This document shows, one piece after another, positions 1 through 10,596 of a stretch of DNA of 64,000 nt (position 1 is its first letter; every line of letters starts with the position of its first letter). The stretch spans positions 21,066 through 85,065 of the forward strand of contig DATHVZ010000152.1 of NCBI GenBank assembly GCA_035461005.1. Direction: 5' to 3'. This DNA is from Planococcus sp. (in: firmicutes). GTDB lineage: Bacteria; Bacillota; Bacilli; Bacillales_A; Planococcaceae. The notes under the pieces were generated by a model, which was given only the letters and a program-made list of their open reading frames with translations, ran no database searches and was not told the origin of the DNA. Position numbers and translations under genes: made by a program.

Positions 1-12
1 CGGTTTTACCCC

Positions 13-41
13 TTGAACTTATAAGCAAACACTTATATAAT
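13..41 (+). promoter_or_regulatory. SigA-type promoter with overlapping ArsR-type inverted repeat
   Basis: TTGAAC-17nt-TATAAT; inverted repeat TATAAG-caaaca-CTTATA (20-37) between the boxes, upstream of arsR. Confidence 0.65.
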
Positions 42-72
42 GTGAAAAGCACGAATAAAAGAAGGTGAAAAA

Positions 73-402
73 ATGGACTATCTTCAAATGGAATCGTATT
101 TGAAAGCAATCGGCGACCATAACCGCATGCTTATCTTAAAATACTTGATGACGGAGTCGCTGTGCATTTGTGAATTCACGGAATTGATTGATATGACGCA
201 GCCCGCCATCAGCCAGCATATGCGCAAACTGAAGCGGGCGGAACTCGTCACCGAAGAAAAGCGTGGCCGTTGGACGATCTGGTCGCTGAATATCCGCCAT
301 CCGCTGTATCCGATGCTCATTCACTTATTGAGCTTGCTTCCGGAACCGGAGCGGACAGTCGCTACCTTGGTGGCAGAAGGCAAAAAAGTAAATTGTGAAT
401 AG
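73..402 (+). CDS. arsR: ArsR/SmtB family repressor
   Basis: SLCICEF..MTQPAISQHMRKL HTH with Cys pair; directly upstream of arsB. Confidence 0.9.
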   Translation: MDYLQMESYLKAIGDHNRMLILKYLMTESLCICEFTELIDMTQPAISQHMRKLKRAELVTEEKRGRWTIWSLNIRHPLYPMLIHLLSLLPEPERTVATLVAEGKKVNCE

Positions 403-417
403 GGAGTTGTGTAGAAA

Positions 418-1713
418 GTGGATGTTTGGTCAGCCAGTTTGATATTTTTAATTACCTTAGTATTTGTTATTTGGCAGCCACGCGGGCTGTCGATCGGATG
501 GTCTGCGATTGCCGGAGCGATTGTGGCTTTGCTGGTCGGTGTCGTCGATTTTGGCGATGTCTGGGAAGTGACCGGCATCGTCTGGAACGCGACACTGACA
601 TTCGTCGCGTTGATCATCATTTCGTTGATCCTCGATGAAATCGGCTTTTTTGAATGGGCCGCGCTGCACATGGCGCGCTACGCCAAAGGCAGCGGAATCC
701 GTATGTTCTTGCTGGTCATTGCGCTGGGAGCAGTGGTTGCCGCATTATTCGCCAACGACGGGGCTGCACTGATCCTGACGCCGATTGTCCTGTCGATGGT
801 GCGTGCGCTGAAATTCAAGGATACGATGATTTTGCCATTTATCATGGCATCAGGCTTTATCGCCGATACGGCATCGCTGCCGTTTGTCATCAGCAACCTT
901 GTTAACATCGTCTCCGCTGATTTTTTCGACATCAGCTTTGCGCAATACGCCTTGAATATGTTCTTGCCGAATTTATTCAGCATAGCGGCGAGCATGCTGG
1001 TGTTGTTCTTGTTTTTCCGGAAAGACATTCCGGCACGTTTTGACACAGGCGCCTTAAAAAAACCGGCTGCAGCATTAAAGGACGTAAAAATGTTCCATCT
1101 GTCATGGGTAGTCCTCGGCGTCCTGCTGGTCGGCTATTTCATCAGCGATCCACTGGGAATTCCTGTATCGTTCATCGCAGGTACGGTCGCCATCATCTTC
1201 TTGGCGATTTCCCGCAGAAGCGAAGCGGTTGAAACAATGACAGTGCTGAAAAATGCGCCGTGGGCCATCGTGTTCTTCTCAATCGGCATGTATGTCGTCG
1301 TCTATGGGCTCCGGAACGTAGGGCTGACATCAGTTCTCGCTTCAGCAATCGAATGGACGGCAAGCCACGGCTTGTTCACAGCGACAATCGGCATGGGCTT
1401 TATCGCGGCAATCCTGTCATCGTTTATGAACAATATGCCGACGGTCATGATAAACGCGTTGGCCATTGCTGAAACCGATACGACAGGCGTGATGCGTGAT
1501 GCGTTGATTTACGCAAACGTCATCGGCTCCGATCTTGGTCCGAAAATCACGCCGATCGGCTCGCTTGCCACATTATTATGGCTGCACGTCCTAAAAACAA
1601 AAGGCATCACCATCAGTTGGGGCTATTATTTCAAGGTCGGGATCATCCTGACCGTTCCGACCCTATTTATCACATTGACGGGTCTATATTTGTGGTTGAT
1701 GATATTGAACTAA
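418..1713 (+). CDS. arsB: arsenite efflux pump ArsB
   Basis: [43 protein letters not shown] motifs; polytopic. Confidence 0.95.
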   Translation: MDVWSASLIFLITLVFVIWQPRGLSIGWSAIAGAIVALLVGVVDFGDVWEVTGIVWNATLTFVALIIISLILDEIGFFEWAALHMARYAKGSGIRMFLLVIALGAVVAALFANDGAALILTPIVLSMVRALKFKDTMILPFIMASGFIADTASLPFVISNLVNIVSADFFDISFAQYALNMFLPNLFSIAASMLVLFLFFRKDIPARFDTGALKKPAAALKDVKMFHLSWVVLGVLLVGYFISDPLGIPVSFIAGTVAIIFLAISRRSEAVETMTVLKNAPWAIVFFSIGMYVVVYGLRNVGLTSVLASAIEWTASHGLFTATIGMGFIAAILSSFMNNMPTVMINALAIAETDTTGVMRDALIYANVIGSDLGPKITPIGSLATLLWLHVLKTKGITISWGYYFKVGIILTVPTLFITLTGLYLWLMILN

Positions 1714-1757
1714 AAAAATCATGCTCCTTCCATAATGGAAGGAGCACGATTTTTTTT
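1713..1757. terminator. bidirectional intrinsic terminator
   Basis: TGCTCCTTCCA-taa-TGGAAGGAGCA flanked by A and T tracts between convergent genes. Confidence 0.8.
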
Positions 1758-1760
1758 ATA

Positions 1761-2573
1761 TTAGTCTAAAAACTTGGCCATGAAGATTTCATCGTAATAC
1801 TTACCATTGATGACCATGGAATCCTGTCGGATGCCTTCGGAGACATAACCGGCTTTTTCAAATAATTTTCTGCCGGGCTTGTCGTTCTCGACAACTGTCA
1901 ACTCCAGGCGGCTGATGTTTTTGGAAGCCGCCCATTCTTCGCCTTTTTGCAGAAGTTTGGTGGCAATGCCTTTGCGACGGGCGTCCGCTTGGACTCCGAT
2001 GCAAATCTCGGCGCGGTGTGCAGCGCGTTTGGCGGCATTTCCGACGATTGTCAGGAAGCCGACGTGTTCACCGTTCAAAATTGCGATAAAGATGGTGGAA
2101 TGGCCGCTTTGGCGCCATTCGATTATCTGTTTCCGCACTTTTTGTGTAGACTGGGTGCGCTCATCTTTGCCATACAGCATGAAGTCGGATTCGGCCTCCA
2201 CTGTTTTCATAAGAGCGGCAAGCGAACGTGCATCGCCGTGTTCGGCGTTTCGGATTAACAGGATATCTTCATCGGCCTTGCCATCTTCGGCGTTGTTTCC
2301 TTTGGAAGAATCAATTCTTTCAAATACGACATAACGATTCGTCTCCACTTCGCTGACAAAATAACCAGCGTCCATCCATGCATGGAAATGCTTGGCAGGC
2401 GCTTTGGTCTTTTTCCACCAGCTCCTGTTCAGATAAGCGGCATTCGGTAATTGCTGGCCCATGATCTGTTCAATTTCATTAAAGCTGAGTTTGATTTTGG
2501 CATTAGTGGCAGATGAAAAGTAATTTGCTAACGGAATGTATTTCTTTTCCAGAATTATAGTCAATATTTTCAC
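1761..2573 (-). CDS. GNAT acetyltransferase fused to an uncharacterised N-terminal domain (DUF7662-like)
   Basis: C-terminal GNAT motif A (VQADARRKGIATKLL); N-terminal KYxPL..LSFxEIE..LP..SWW..AWxxAGY signature. Confidence 0.8.
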   Translation of the reverse strand: MKILTIILEKKYIPLANYFSSATNAKIKLSFNEIEQIMGQQLPNAAYLNRSWWKKTKAPAKHFHAWMDAGYFVSEVETNRYVVFERIDSSKGNNAEDGKADEDILLIRNAEHGDARSLAALMKTVEAESDFMLYGKDERTQSTQKVRKQIIEWRQSGHSTIFIAILNGEHVGFLTIVGNAAKRAAHRAEICIGVQADARRKGIATKLLQKGEEWAASKNISRLELTVVENDKPGRKLFEKAGYVSEGIRQDSMVINGKYYDEIFMAKFLD

Positions 2574-2938
2574 TTCCCTTCACGAATTTTTGGATTAATT
2601 GTATTAATTATACCATTGGAACTATGGTAAAGTATATGAATTTGTCCATCCATGATAAAAAAACTCTATTCTGAATAATGATAATTCAGATATAGGCGTA
2701 TTTTACTTTAATATTCCATATTCACTAATTTTTTTAACAATAAAAACTATTTTAATAATTAAAAAGGCTTAGTTATATAATACTATAATATATTATAATG
2801 CACTATGGTTTTTCGGGCATTTTAAATCTTGGACCGCAAAAATTTGGTAATAGTCATATTCCCTTGCGCAAAAGTTCAGCTGAGCGGGCGATTATGGTAG
2901 AATTACACAGAAACCAACATTGATCAGGAGGCTTAAAA

Positions 2939-3865
2939 ATGTCAAAAGTTTTTGTATTGGGCCATAAAAACCCGGACACGGATTCGGTTTGTTCGGCTAT
3001 TGCGTATGCATATTTAAAAAATGAAACAGGGCTGGAAGCGGAAGCCATCCGCCTTGGTGAAATGAATAACGAAACAATTTTCGCTTTGAATGAGTTCGGC
3101 TTTGAAGCTCCGCGGCTTGTGAAACGTGTTTCGGAAGAAGTTTCCCAGGTAATTCTCGTTGATCATAATGAACGGCAGCAAAGCGCCGATGATATCGACC
3201 AGGTCCAAGTGCTCGAAGTGATCGATCACCACCGAATCGCGAATTTTGAAACGACGGATCCATTGTTTTTCCGTGCGGAACCTGTCGGCTGTACGACAAC
3301 CATACTGTTAAAACTGTTTAAGGAAAACAATGTGGAAATCCCGGCGAATATTGCCGGTTTGATGTTATCCGCGATTATCTCCGATTCCCTCCTGTTCAAA
3401 TCGCCGACGTGCACGGATCAGGATGTCCGCGCTGCGCGTGAACTGGCTGAAATCGCCGGTGTAAATGTAGATTCGTATGGCTTGGCGATGTTGAAAGCAG
3501 GAGCCGATCTCAGCAACAAAACACTGGAGGATCTTATTTCCCTGGATTCGAAAGAATTTGAAGCAGGGGGCCACCGATTTGAAGTGGCACAGGTCAACGC
3601 GATTGATGTATCTGAAGTCCTCGAGCGCCAGCGCGAGCTGGAAGTGCTGATGGAACAAGCCATCAGTGTCAAAAATCTCGACCTTTTTGTTTTTGTTGTG
3701 ACGGACATTCTGAACAACGATTCCGAAGCGATTGTCCTCGGCAGAAGGTCAGATGTTATTGAAGGCGCGTTCAAATCCAATGTCATTAATAACCGCATAT
3801 TGCTGCAGGGCATCGTTTCCCGAAAAAAACAGATTGTCCCTGTCATCACCGAGGCATTGGGCTGA
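2939..3865 (+). CDS. ppaC: manganese-dependent inorganic pyrophosphatase
   Basis: [24 protein letters not shown] motifs (DHH family II PPase). Confidence 0.97.
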   Translation: MSKVFVLGHKNPDTDSVCSAIAYAYLKNETGLEAEAIRLGEMNNETIFALNEFGFEAPRLVKRVSEEVSQVILVDHNERQQSADDIDQVQVLEVIDHHRIANFETTDPLFFRAEPVGCTTTILLKLFKENNVEIPANIAGLMLSAIISDSLLFKSPTCTDQDVRAARELAEIAGVNVDSYGLAMLKAGADLSNKTLEDLISLDSKEFEAGGHRFEVAQVNAIDVSEVLERQRELEVLMEQAISVKNLDLFVFVVTDILNNDSEAIVLGRRSDVIEGAFKSNVINNRILLQGIVSRKKQIVPVITEALG

Positions 3866-3912
3866 TTCCCGTTTGGGAGTCAGTTTTTTTGGTTCTATAC
3901 TAAGTGTTGCGG

Positions 3913-4034
3913 TGTCCTGACTTCGTCGCCCCAGCTCTTCGGGGAAAAGGCTGCTAGTGCATCGCTTCGCTGCTTCGTCGCAAGAGATAGCCCAAACAAG
4001 TTTGGGCTATCTCTTGCCGTCGCTTTTCTTGTCC
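3913..4034. repeat. divergent/chimeric copy of dispersed REP/MITE-like structured repeat
   Basis: Starts TGTCCtGACTtCgtCGcCCCAGCTCTTCGGG and ends GCCGTCGCTTTTCTTGTCC, matching the ends of the copies at 22038, 23173 and 28096; internal hairpin CAAGAGATAGCCCAAAC/GTTTGGGCTATCTCTTG. Confidence 0.65.
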
Positions 4035-4096
4035 ATAAGCAGAAATATTGAGCGTGGGATTTTTGGTTGCTATAGTAAGTGGCGAGGTGAACGAAG

Positions 4097-4810
4097 ATGT
4101 TGAAAATAGAAATCTGGTCAGACTATGTGTGCCCTTTTTGTTACATTGGCAAACGCACACTGGAACAGGCCCTATTAAAGACCGGCTTTAACAATCAGAC
4201 GGAAATTACATTTAAAGCTTATCAGCTGGACCCGACGACTCCTGTGGACTCCAACATTCCTGTATATGAAAGTTTGGCTGCGAAATTCGGGAAATCCGTG
4301 GAGCAGGCAAAAGAAATGACTAAAGGCGTGGCGCAACACGCACAACAAGTCGGCCTGGAATATGACTTTGACAATATGGTCCAGGTCAATACCCTTGCGG
4401 CACACCGCCTCGTGAAATGGGCGGAAACGCAGGGCAGAGATGCAGCACTGACGGAACAGCTGTTGAAAGGATATTTCATAAATGGTGAACATATCGGCAA
4501 ACATGAAGTTCTATTGGACAATGCTGAGGCAGTCGGTTTGCCGCGCCATGAAGCGAAGCTTGTGCTGGATTCTGGTGATTTTATGACAGACATCGAACAG
4601 GATATTGCAGAAGCAGGCCAATTGGGCGTGCAAGGCGTTCCGTTCTTCGTCATCAACCGTAAATATGCCATTTCCGGTGCACAGCCGTTGGAGGCGTTCA
4701 CCGATTCACTGAAGCAGATTGCAGATGAAGAGGGATTGCGTCCTGCATTGAAACCGCTTGGCAGCAAGAATACGAGTTATTGCACAGGTGATTCCTGCGA
4801 ATCGGATTAA
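4097..4810 (+). CDS. DsbA/FrnE-family thiol oxidoreductase
   Basis: SDYVCPFCYIG active site; GVQGVPFF..ISGAQP. Confidence 0.92.
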   Translation: MLKIEIWSDYVCPFCYIGKRTLEQALLKTGFNNQTEITFKAYQLDPTTPVDSNIPVYESLAAKFGKSVEQAKEMTKGVAQHAQQVGLEYDFDNMVQVNTLAAHRLVKWAETQGRDAALTEQLLKGYFINGEHIGKHEVLLDNAEAVGLPRHEAKLVLDSGDFMTDIEQDIAEAGQLGVQGVPFFVINRKYAISGAQPLEAFTDSLKQIADEEGLRPALKPLGSKNTSYCTGDSCESD

Positions 4811-4862
4811 GCAACTCGAGCAGGCTGTTTGACTCCAATCTATTTACTGAGTAAGCTAATAA

Positions 4863-4880
4863 AGTCTTTAATTTGAGATA
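4863..4880. promoter_or_regulatory. degenerate MhqR-type operator upstream of azoreductase
   Basis: AGTCTTTAATTTGAGATA compared with TATCTCGAATTCGAGATA. Confidence 0.45.
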
Positions 4881-4915
4881 AATATTAGTAGGATATAAAA
4901 GGAGTTTTGGAACAA

Positions 4916-5545
4916 ATGAATGTTTTAGTAGTAAAAGCCAATAACCGTCCGGCTTCAGAGGGTGTTTCAAGTAAAATGTACGATGTATTCATGGATAATA
5001 TCGGAACTGATGCAAACGTTAAAACGTTTGACGTCTTTAAAGAAGATATGCCTTATTTCGGACAGGATTTCTTCGACGCCATGCAGAAATCCGCGCAAGC
5101 CGAGGAATTGAACGATATCGAACAACGCATTTTGACTGCTGCAAACAAAGCGATGGACGCGTTCCTTGATGCTGATGTTGTCGTATTCGCATTCCCGTTA
5201 TGGAATAAAACCATTCCTGCGCCGCTTCAGACATTCATCGATTATATTTACCGTGCAGGTGTAACGTTCAAGTATACCGCAGAGGGTCCACAAGGCCTTG
5301 TACCGGAAAAGAAAGTCATCATCCTGAATGCACGCGGAGGCGTTTACTCGACTCCGGAAATGGCGCCAAGTGAAATGAGCGTCAACTATGTCCGCATGAT
5401 CATGAATTTCTTCGGCATTGAAGACATTGAAGAAGTGATTATCGAAGGCCACAATATGTATCCCGACAAAGCGCATGAAATCATTGAAGACGGCATGAAA
5501 CGCGTCGAAGAAATGGCTCAGTCATTCGAAAAAGTGAGAGTTTAA
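4916..5545 (+). CDS. azoR: FMN-dependent NADH-azoreductase
   Basis: FAFPLWN..IPAPL, AGVTFKYTAEGP, ARGGVY; start set after GGAG RBS. Confidence 0.92.
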   Translation: MNVLVVKANNRPASEGVSSKMYDVFMDNIGTDANVKTFDVFKEDMPYFGQDFFDAMQKSAQAEELNDIEQRILTAANKAMDAFLDADVVVFAFPLWNKTIPAPLQTFIDYIYRAGVTFKYTAEGPQGLVPEKKVIILNARGGVYSTPEMAPSEMSVNYVRMIMNFFGIEDIEEVIIEGHNMYPDKAHEIIEDGMKRVEEMAQSFEKVRV

Positions 5546-5656
5546 TAAAAGATTCCCAAAACCCGGAAGCGCAAAAGCGCTTTCGGGTTTTTCTTTGCGC
5601 TTATTTTCCGGAGGTAAGGGTACATAAAAGATAAATGACATTTTAGGAGGTATCAC

Positions 5657-7204
5657 ATGGCGATGAACAATGGTAACAGAGAGATTCCAGAATCGAAAAA
5701 GTCATACTGGCGCGAGTTTGAGGGCATAGCCGACTATCCGCAGCTGCAGGAAAATGAGTCGACGGAGGTAGGTGTAGTCGGTGGCGGCATTGCGGGCATC
5801 ATCAGTGCTTATTTATTGGCGAAAGCTGGGAAAAAGGTGACCCTGATCGATGCAGGCAAATTGGTGGATGGCGTTACGGGCTACACGACGGCAAAAATTT
5901 CGGCACAGCACGACTTGTTTTATTCTCCATTGATCAAGATGTCCGGAGAAATTGAAGCGAAAAAATATTTTGATGCCAACATGGAAGGCCTGGAATTTAT
6001 AAAGAATACGTCACGGGAACTCGGAATCGACTGTGATTTTGAACATCATGATGCGTTCGTATACGCAAATACGGAGGCCGGCGCAAAATTGATCGAGCAG
6101 GAAGCGGAAGCATATGAGCAGCTTGGAATCCCCGGGGGCTTGGCGAAGGAAGAAGTGGAGCTGCCGTTTAAAGTGGAAGAAGCCATTGTCATGCGCAACC
6201 AGGCCCAATTCCATCCGGTAAAATTCCTGGCAGGACTCGTTAAAGAGTTTGAACGCCTCGGCGGCACTGTCTACGAACAGACACGGGCCATAAAAATTCT
6301 CAGCAAAAAAGATCCGGTGATCCAAACGGAAAACATGTCCCATCTGTCCTGTGAACAAGTGATTGTGGCAACCCATTATCCGTTCAATGACGCAGACGGC
6401 ATGTATTTCGCCAGACTGTCAGTAGAACGTTCCTATGTGGTGGCCGCAAAAGTGAAAGGTGAAATTCCGAAGCATATGTACATCAGCACCGATATGCCGA
6501 GCCGTTCACTGCGGTATGCCATAAATGACAACGGGGAACGGCTGCTGCTGATCGGCGGGGAAGACCATGGATCCGGCAAGCATAAAGGCGACACGATGGA
6601 AAACTATAAAAAGCTGGCGGAATGGGGAGACGAACATTTCGGGGTGGAAAGCATTCCTTACCGCTGGTCGGCACAGGATATGACGACACTCGATAAAATT
6701 CCTTACATCGGCACAAGCACCGTCGGCTATGAAAACATTCTGGTCGCAACCGGCTTCCATAAATGGGGCATGGCCACTGGTGCCGTTGCGGGAATGCTTC
6801 TGCGGGATCAGATTCTCGGCAATGAAAACCGCTACGCATCGCTATACGATCCGACCCGCACCAAGATGAAGCCGGCCGATATGGCAAGCTTCGCAAAAGA
6901 CAACGCGTCTGTCGCGAAAGAATTGGTCAAAGGCAAACTGAAAAGACCGGCGAAGACTCCGGATTCCCTTGAAAAAGGGGAAGGAGCCAGCGTCAAAACA
7001 GCGAAAGGCGCAGCCGGTGGCTACCGGGACGAATACGGCCAGCTCCATCTGGTCGATACCACCTGCACACATTTGGGCTGCGAAACAAAATGGAATGATG
7101 CCGAGCGCTCATGGGATTGCCCATGCCACGGCTCACGCTTCTCCTATACGGGCGAAGTGCTGGAAGGCCCAGCCGTCAAGCCGCTCAAGCGAATGGAGGA
7201 GTAA
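5657..7204 (+). CDS. FAD-dependent oxidoreductase with C-terminal Rieske [2Fe-2S] domain (YhfW-like)
   Basis: GGGIAG dinucleotide motif; CTHLGC...WDCPCHGS Rieske motif. Confidence 0.9.
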   Translation: MAMNNGNREIPESKKSYWREFEGIADYPQLQENESTEVGVVGGGIAGIISAYLLAKAGKKVTLIDAGKLVDGVTGYTTAKISAQHDLFYSPLIKMSGEIEAKKYFDANMEGLEFIKNTSRELGIDCDFEHHDAFVYANTEAGAKLIEQEAEAYEQLGIPGGLAKEEVELPFKVEEAIVMRNQAQFHPVKFLAGLVKEFERLGGTVYEQTRAIKILSKKDPVIQTENMSHLSCEQVIVATHYPFNDADGMYFARLSVERSYVVAAKVKGEIPKHMYISTDMPSRSLRYAINDNGERLLLIGGEDHGSGKHKGDTMENYKKLAEWGDEHFGVESIPYRWSAQDMTTLDKIPYIGTSTVGYENILVATGFHKWGMATGAVAGMLLRDQILGNENRYASLYDPTRTKMKPADMASFAKDNASVAKELVKGKLKRPAKTPDSLEKGEGASVKTAKGAAGGYRDEYGQLHLVDTTCTHLGCETKWNDAERSWDCPCHGSRFSYTGEVLEGPAVKPLKRMEE

Positions 7205-7235
7205 GGATTCGAACAATGAGTTATTTCCGCGAACC

Positions 7236-7271
7236 AAAAAGGAGCTGCAAATAAATCTGCAGCTCCTTTTT
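7236..7271. terminator. bidirectional intrinsic terminator
   Basis: AAAAAGGAGCTGCA...TGCAGCTCCTTTTT. Confidence 0.8.
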
Positions 7272-7287
7272 CTGTGCATTTATGATT

Positions 7288-7812
7288 TTAAGCAGGGTTG
7301 GCTTCAAGTGCCAACGAGATTTTGATGTCTTCGCCTACCATTACGCCGCCTGTTTCAAGCGCCTGGTTCCAAGTGAGGCCGAAATCTTTGCGGTTCACTT
7401 TGCCCTCGCCGCTGAATGCCACAACTTCCACGCCCCATGGGTTAACGCCTTTGCCGCCGTATTCCACGTCAAAAGTGGCGGGGCGCGTAACGCCTTTCAT
7501 AGTCAAATCGCCAGTCAATTCATATTCGTCTTCGCCTTTTTTAGCGATTTCGTTGGCTTTGAATGTGATGTGCGGGTGCTGCTCAGCATCGAAGAAATCT
7601 GCCGAACGCAGGTGGTTATCACGGTCTTCGTTGTTTGTGTTGATGCTTGACACGTCGATTTTGAAATCGATCAATGCGCCTTGAAGATTCGCTTCGTTCG
7701 CTTCCACTGTTGCATCATACGATGCGAAAGAGCCTTTTACTTTTGAAATCATCATATGCTTTACTGAGAAACCGATTTCCGAATGCGCTGCGTCTACTGT
7801 CCATTTTTTCAT
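7288..7812 (-). CDS. YceI family polyisoprenoid-binding protein
   Basis: WTVDAAHSEIGFSVKH, RDNHLRSADFF, GDLTMKGVT; start after GGAGG. Confidence 0.93.
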   Translation of the reverse strand: MKKWTVDAAHSEIGFSVKHMMISKVKGSFASYDATVEANEANLQGALIDFKIDVSSINTNNEDRDNHLRSADFFDAEQHPHITFKANEIAKKGEDEYELTGDLTMKGVTRPATFDVEYGGKGVNPWGVEVVAFSGEGKVNRKDFGLTWNQALETGGVMVGEDIKISLALEANPA

Positions 7813-7893
7813 GTGTAATTTCCTCCAATATTTTTTATGTCTGTCCAAACTATAAAACAATAAAACTCTGATGTCAATATACTTTAATTAATT

Positions 7894-7911
7894 ATTCTCG
7901 AATTCGAGATA
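7894..7911. promoter_or_regulatory. MhqR-type palindromic operator upstream of yceI
   Basis: ATTCTCGAATTCGAGATA, near-perfect match to the Bacillus MhqR box. Confidence 0.7.
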
Positions 7912-8017
7912 ATTATTTTGTTGGACTTTTGGACGTAAGTAGCCATAAATGCTTGTCAAATGGCTGATAAAAACGGATACTATTAGAAGTTAAAAGTTTA
8001 GAAGGGATTTGCTTTGA

Positions 8018-8935
8018 ATGACGAAAGAAAGATGGTTATCAGACCTTCGCCGATTTGTGGCGGACAGCCACGTGAAAATCGATGAACCGCTCCATCTCCA
8101 TACATTGACAAGAATGGGCGGGCCGGCTGATATTTTTGTATCACCAACAAATGAAGATGAAACTGCTTATACAGTAAAATATGCGTTTGAAAATGATGTC
8201 CCGTTATTGGTGCTGGGGAACGGCTCCAATATGGTAGTGCGTGACGGGGGCGTTCGAGGAATCGTCTTGAACCTGAAAAGCCTCAACGAAATCCGCATTG
8301 ATGAGCTCCGTGTCTATGCGCAGGGCGGCGCAAACATCAAGGAAGTTTCAAAATCAGCAGCCGTCAATACCTTGACGGGCTTTGAATTCGCCTGTGGAAT
8401 TCCGGGATCTGTCGGCGGTGCGATGGCGATGAACGCCGGAGCCTATGGCGGCGAGATCAAGGACATTATTGTCCAGGCGACAGTGTTGACGCGTGAAGGT
8501 GAAAAGTTTGTCTTATCCAAAGAAGAGCTTGAGATGGATTATCGCAAAAGTGTCATTACGAAGAAAGGTTATTATGTCCTTTCAGCTGAATTTGATCTCG
8601 AAAGGGGCGATCAGAATGTCATTGATGCAAAAATGGCTGACCTTACCCATCAACGCGAATCAAAACAGCCGCTTGAATTTCCTTCAGCGGGCAGTGTGTT
8701 CAAGCGTCCACCGGGTAATTTTGCCGGTAAGCTGATACAGGAAAGCGGATTGCAGGGGAAAGGTTTTGGCGGAGCGGAAGTTTCGATGAAACATGCAGGA
8801 TTTATTGTCAATAAAAACAACGCCACTGCAAATGATTACATCCAGACAATTGAAATGGTGAAATCGACAGTGTATGAAAAATTCGGCATTGATTTGGAAC
8901 TTGAAGTGAAAATCGTCGGCGATGACACAGTGTGA
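8018..8935 (+). CDS. murB: UDP-N-acetylenolpyruvoylglucosamine reductase
   Basis: LGNGSN, GIPGSVGGA.AMNAGAYG, KQPLEFPSAGSVFKRP. Confidence 0.97.
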   Translation: MTKERWLSDLRRFVADSHVKIDEPLHLHTLTRMGGPADIFVSPTNEDETAYTVKYAFENDVPLLVLGNGSNMVVRDGGVRGIVLNLKSLNEIRIDELRVYAQGGANIKEVSKSAAVNTLTGFEFACGIPGSVGGAMAMNAGAYGGEIKDIIVQATVLTREGEKFVLSKEELEMDYRKSVITKKGYYVLSAEFDLERGDQNVIDAKMADLTHQRESKQPLEFPSAGSVFKRPPGNFAGKLIQESGLQGKGFGGAEVSMKHAGFIVNKNNATANDYIQTIEMVKSTVYEKFGIDLELEVKIVGDDTV

Positions 8936-9027
8936 ACAGACTACGGGAATCCTTGGAAAAGGCATTCCCGTTTTTTTAATTGACTAAAATTATGCTATAA
9001 TTGAATAGTAAAAAATCCTGGGAGCTG

Positions 9028-10506
9028 ATGGTGATAGACTATACAATTAACGGAATCATCCTTATATGCGGCGCTTTCCTGTTGATTGGTGTGCTGATGA
9101 CAAAAGTTTCAGCGCGCGCCGGAGTTCCTTCCCTCGTTCTCTTCATGGTCATCGGAATGATCCTTGGCAGCGACATTTCCGGGCTTATTTACTTCTCCAG
9201 CGCAGAAATTGCCCAGCTGGTCGGTGTCTTCGCTTTGATCATCATCCTTTTTGAAGGTGGACTTCAGACTCAATGGAAAAATATACGGCCCGTTCTCGGT
9301 GGCTCTCTCGTTCTGGCCACACTCGGCGTCCTCATTACGACAGCAGTGGTAGCATTCGCTGCTTACTATGTTTTAAACATTTCAGTCCTTGAAGCGCTGC
9401 TGCTGGGCTCGATTGTCGGTTCCACAGATGCGGCCGCTGTATTCTCGGTTCTTGCCGGACAGAACATTAAAGGAAGAATCTCTTCGACATTGGAAGCGGA
9501 ATCCGGAACCAACGATCCGATGGCGATGTTCCTGACGATTGCATTTATCCAATTGATTCTGACTCCCGAATCCTCCGTCTTTACGATGCTCGGCAGTTTC
9601 GTTTTGCAGATGGGTGTCGGTGCGATTCTCGGGCTTGTTCTTGGACTACTTGCATCATGGACCATAAACCGCATCAAATTGAATGCTTCGGGACTCTATG
9701 CGGTGCTGTCCGTCGGTTTCGCTATTTTCATCTATAGTTTTACAGCGTTGCTCGGGGGCAGTGGGTTGTTGGCCGTATACCTGGCAGCTCTTGTCATCGG
9801 AACACGCGACTTGACGCATAGCTACTCAATCATCAGTTTTAATGAAGGGCTTGCGTGGCTCATGCAAATCCTGATGTTCGTCATTCTCGGGCTTCTTGTT
9901 TTCCCGAGCCAACTGGCCGAATGGGACCTGATTTGGAAAGGCCTGATCCTGTCGCTTGTATTGATCTTTATTGCTCGTCCGATTGCCGTTTTTGTCTCGA
10001 CAATCTTTTTCGATTATTCATTGAATGAAAAGTTGTTCATTTCCTGGGCGGGGCTGCGCGGTGCCGTCCCAATCGTACTCGCGACATTCCCGATGCTCGC
10101 GGGCCTGGAAAACAGTTTCCTGTTCTTTAACGTCGTCTTCTTTATCGTGCTGACGTCGGCTTTGCTGCAGGGATCCACAATTCCGTTCGTTGCCAACAAG
10201 CTGAAGCTCAACGGCAAACCGTCGCCAAAACGGATCCATTCACTGGAACTGGTGTCGATGGATAAAGCGAATGCCGAAATGCTGGAAGTCGAATTGACGA
10301 GCAAATCGCCGTTCGCCGGCCAGCTGGTGCAAACGATCGGCTTGCCGAAACAGACCTTGATCAGCGCAATCATACGTTCCGGCAGGCTCGTTATGCCGAC
10401 CGGAACAACAAAACTCAAAGTCGGAGACGTGCTGTATGTTCTGACGGAGAAAAAACAAGTTTCAAAAGTGAAGATGGTTCTCGGCGAAGAGGACATCGTA
10501 AACTAG
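9028..10506 (+). CDS. K+/H+ antiporter (CPA1, NhaP2/CvrA-like) with C-terminal RCK_C domain
   Basis: STDAAAVF, ESGTNDP, WAGLRGAVPI; TrkA-C tail. Confidence 0.9.
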   Translation: MVIDYTINGIILICGAFLLIGVLMTKVSARAGVPSLVLFMVIGMILGSDISGLIYFSSAEIAQLVGVFALIIILFEGGLQTQWKNIRPVLGGSLVLATLGVLITTAVVAFAAYYVLNISVLEALLLGSIVGSTDAAAVFSVLAGQNIKGRISSTLEAESGTNDPMAMFLTIAFIQLILTPESSVFTMLGSFVLQMGVGAILGLVLGLLASWTINRIKLNASGLYAVLSVGFAIFIYSFTALLGGSGLLAVYLAALVIGTRDLTHSYSIISFNEGLAWLMQILMFVILGLLVFPSQLAEWDLIWKGLILSLVLIFIARPIAVFVSTIFFDYSLNEKLFISWAGLRGAVPIVLATFPMLAGLENSFLFFNVVFFIVLTSALLQGSTIPFVANKLKLNGKPSPKRIHSLELVSMDKANAEMLEVELTSKSPFAGQLVQTIGLPKQTLISAIIRSGRLVMPTGTTKLKVGDVLYVLTEKKQVSKVKMVLGEEDIVN

Positions 10507-10596
10507 CCCGCAAATTTGCGGGCTTTTTTATATAGAAGGAATTTCCAAGATTGGAGTCGAATAAAATTAAGAAGTTGAAAAGGGGGAGGAAGAGAA

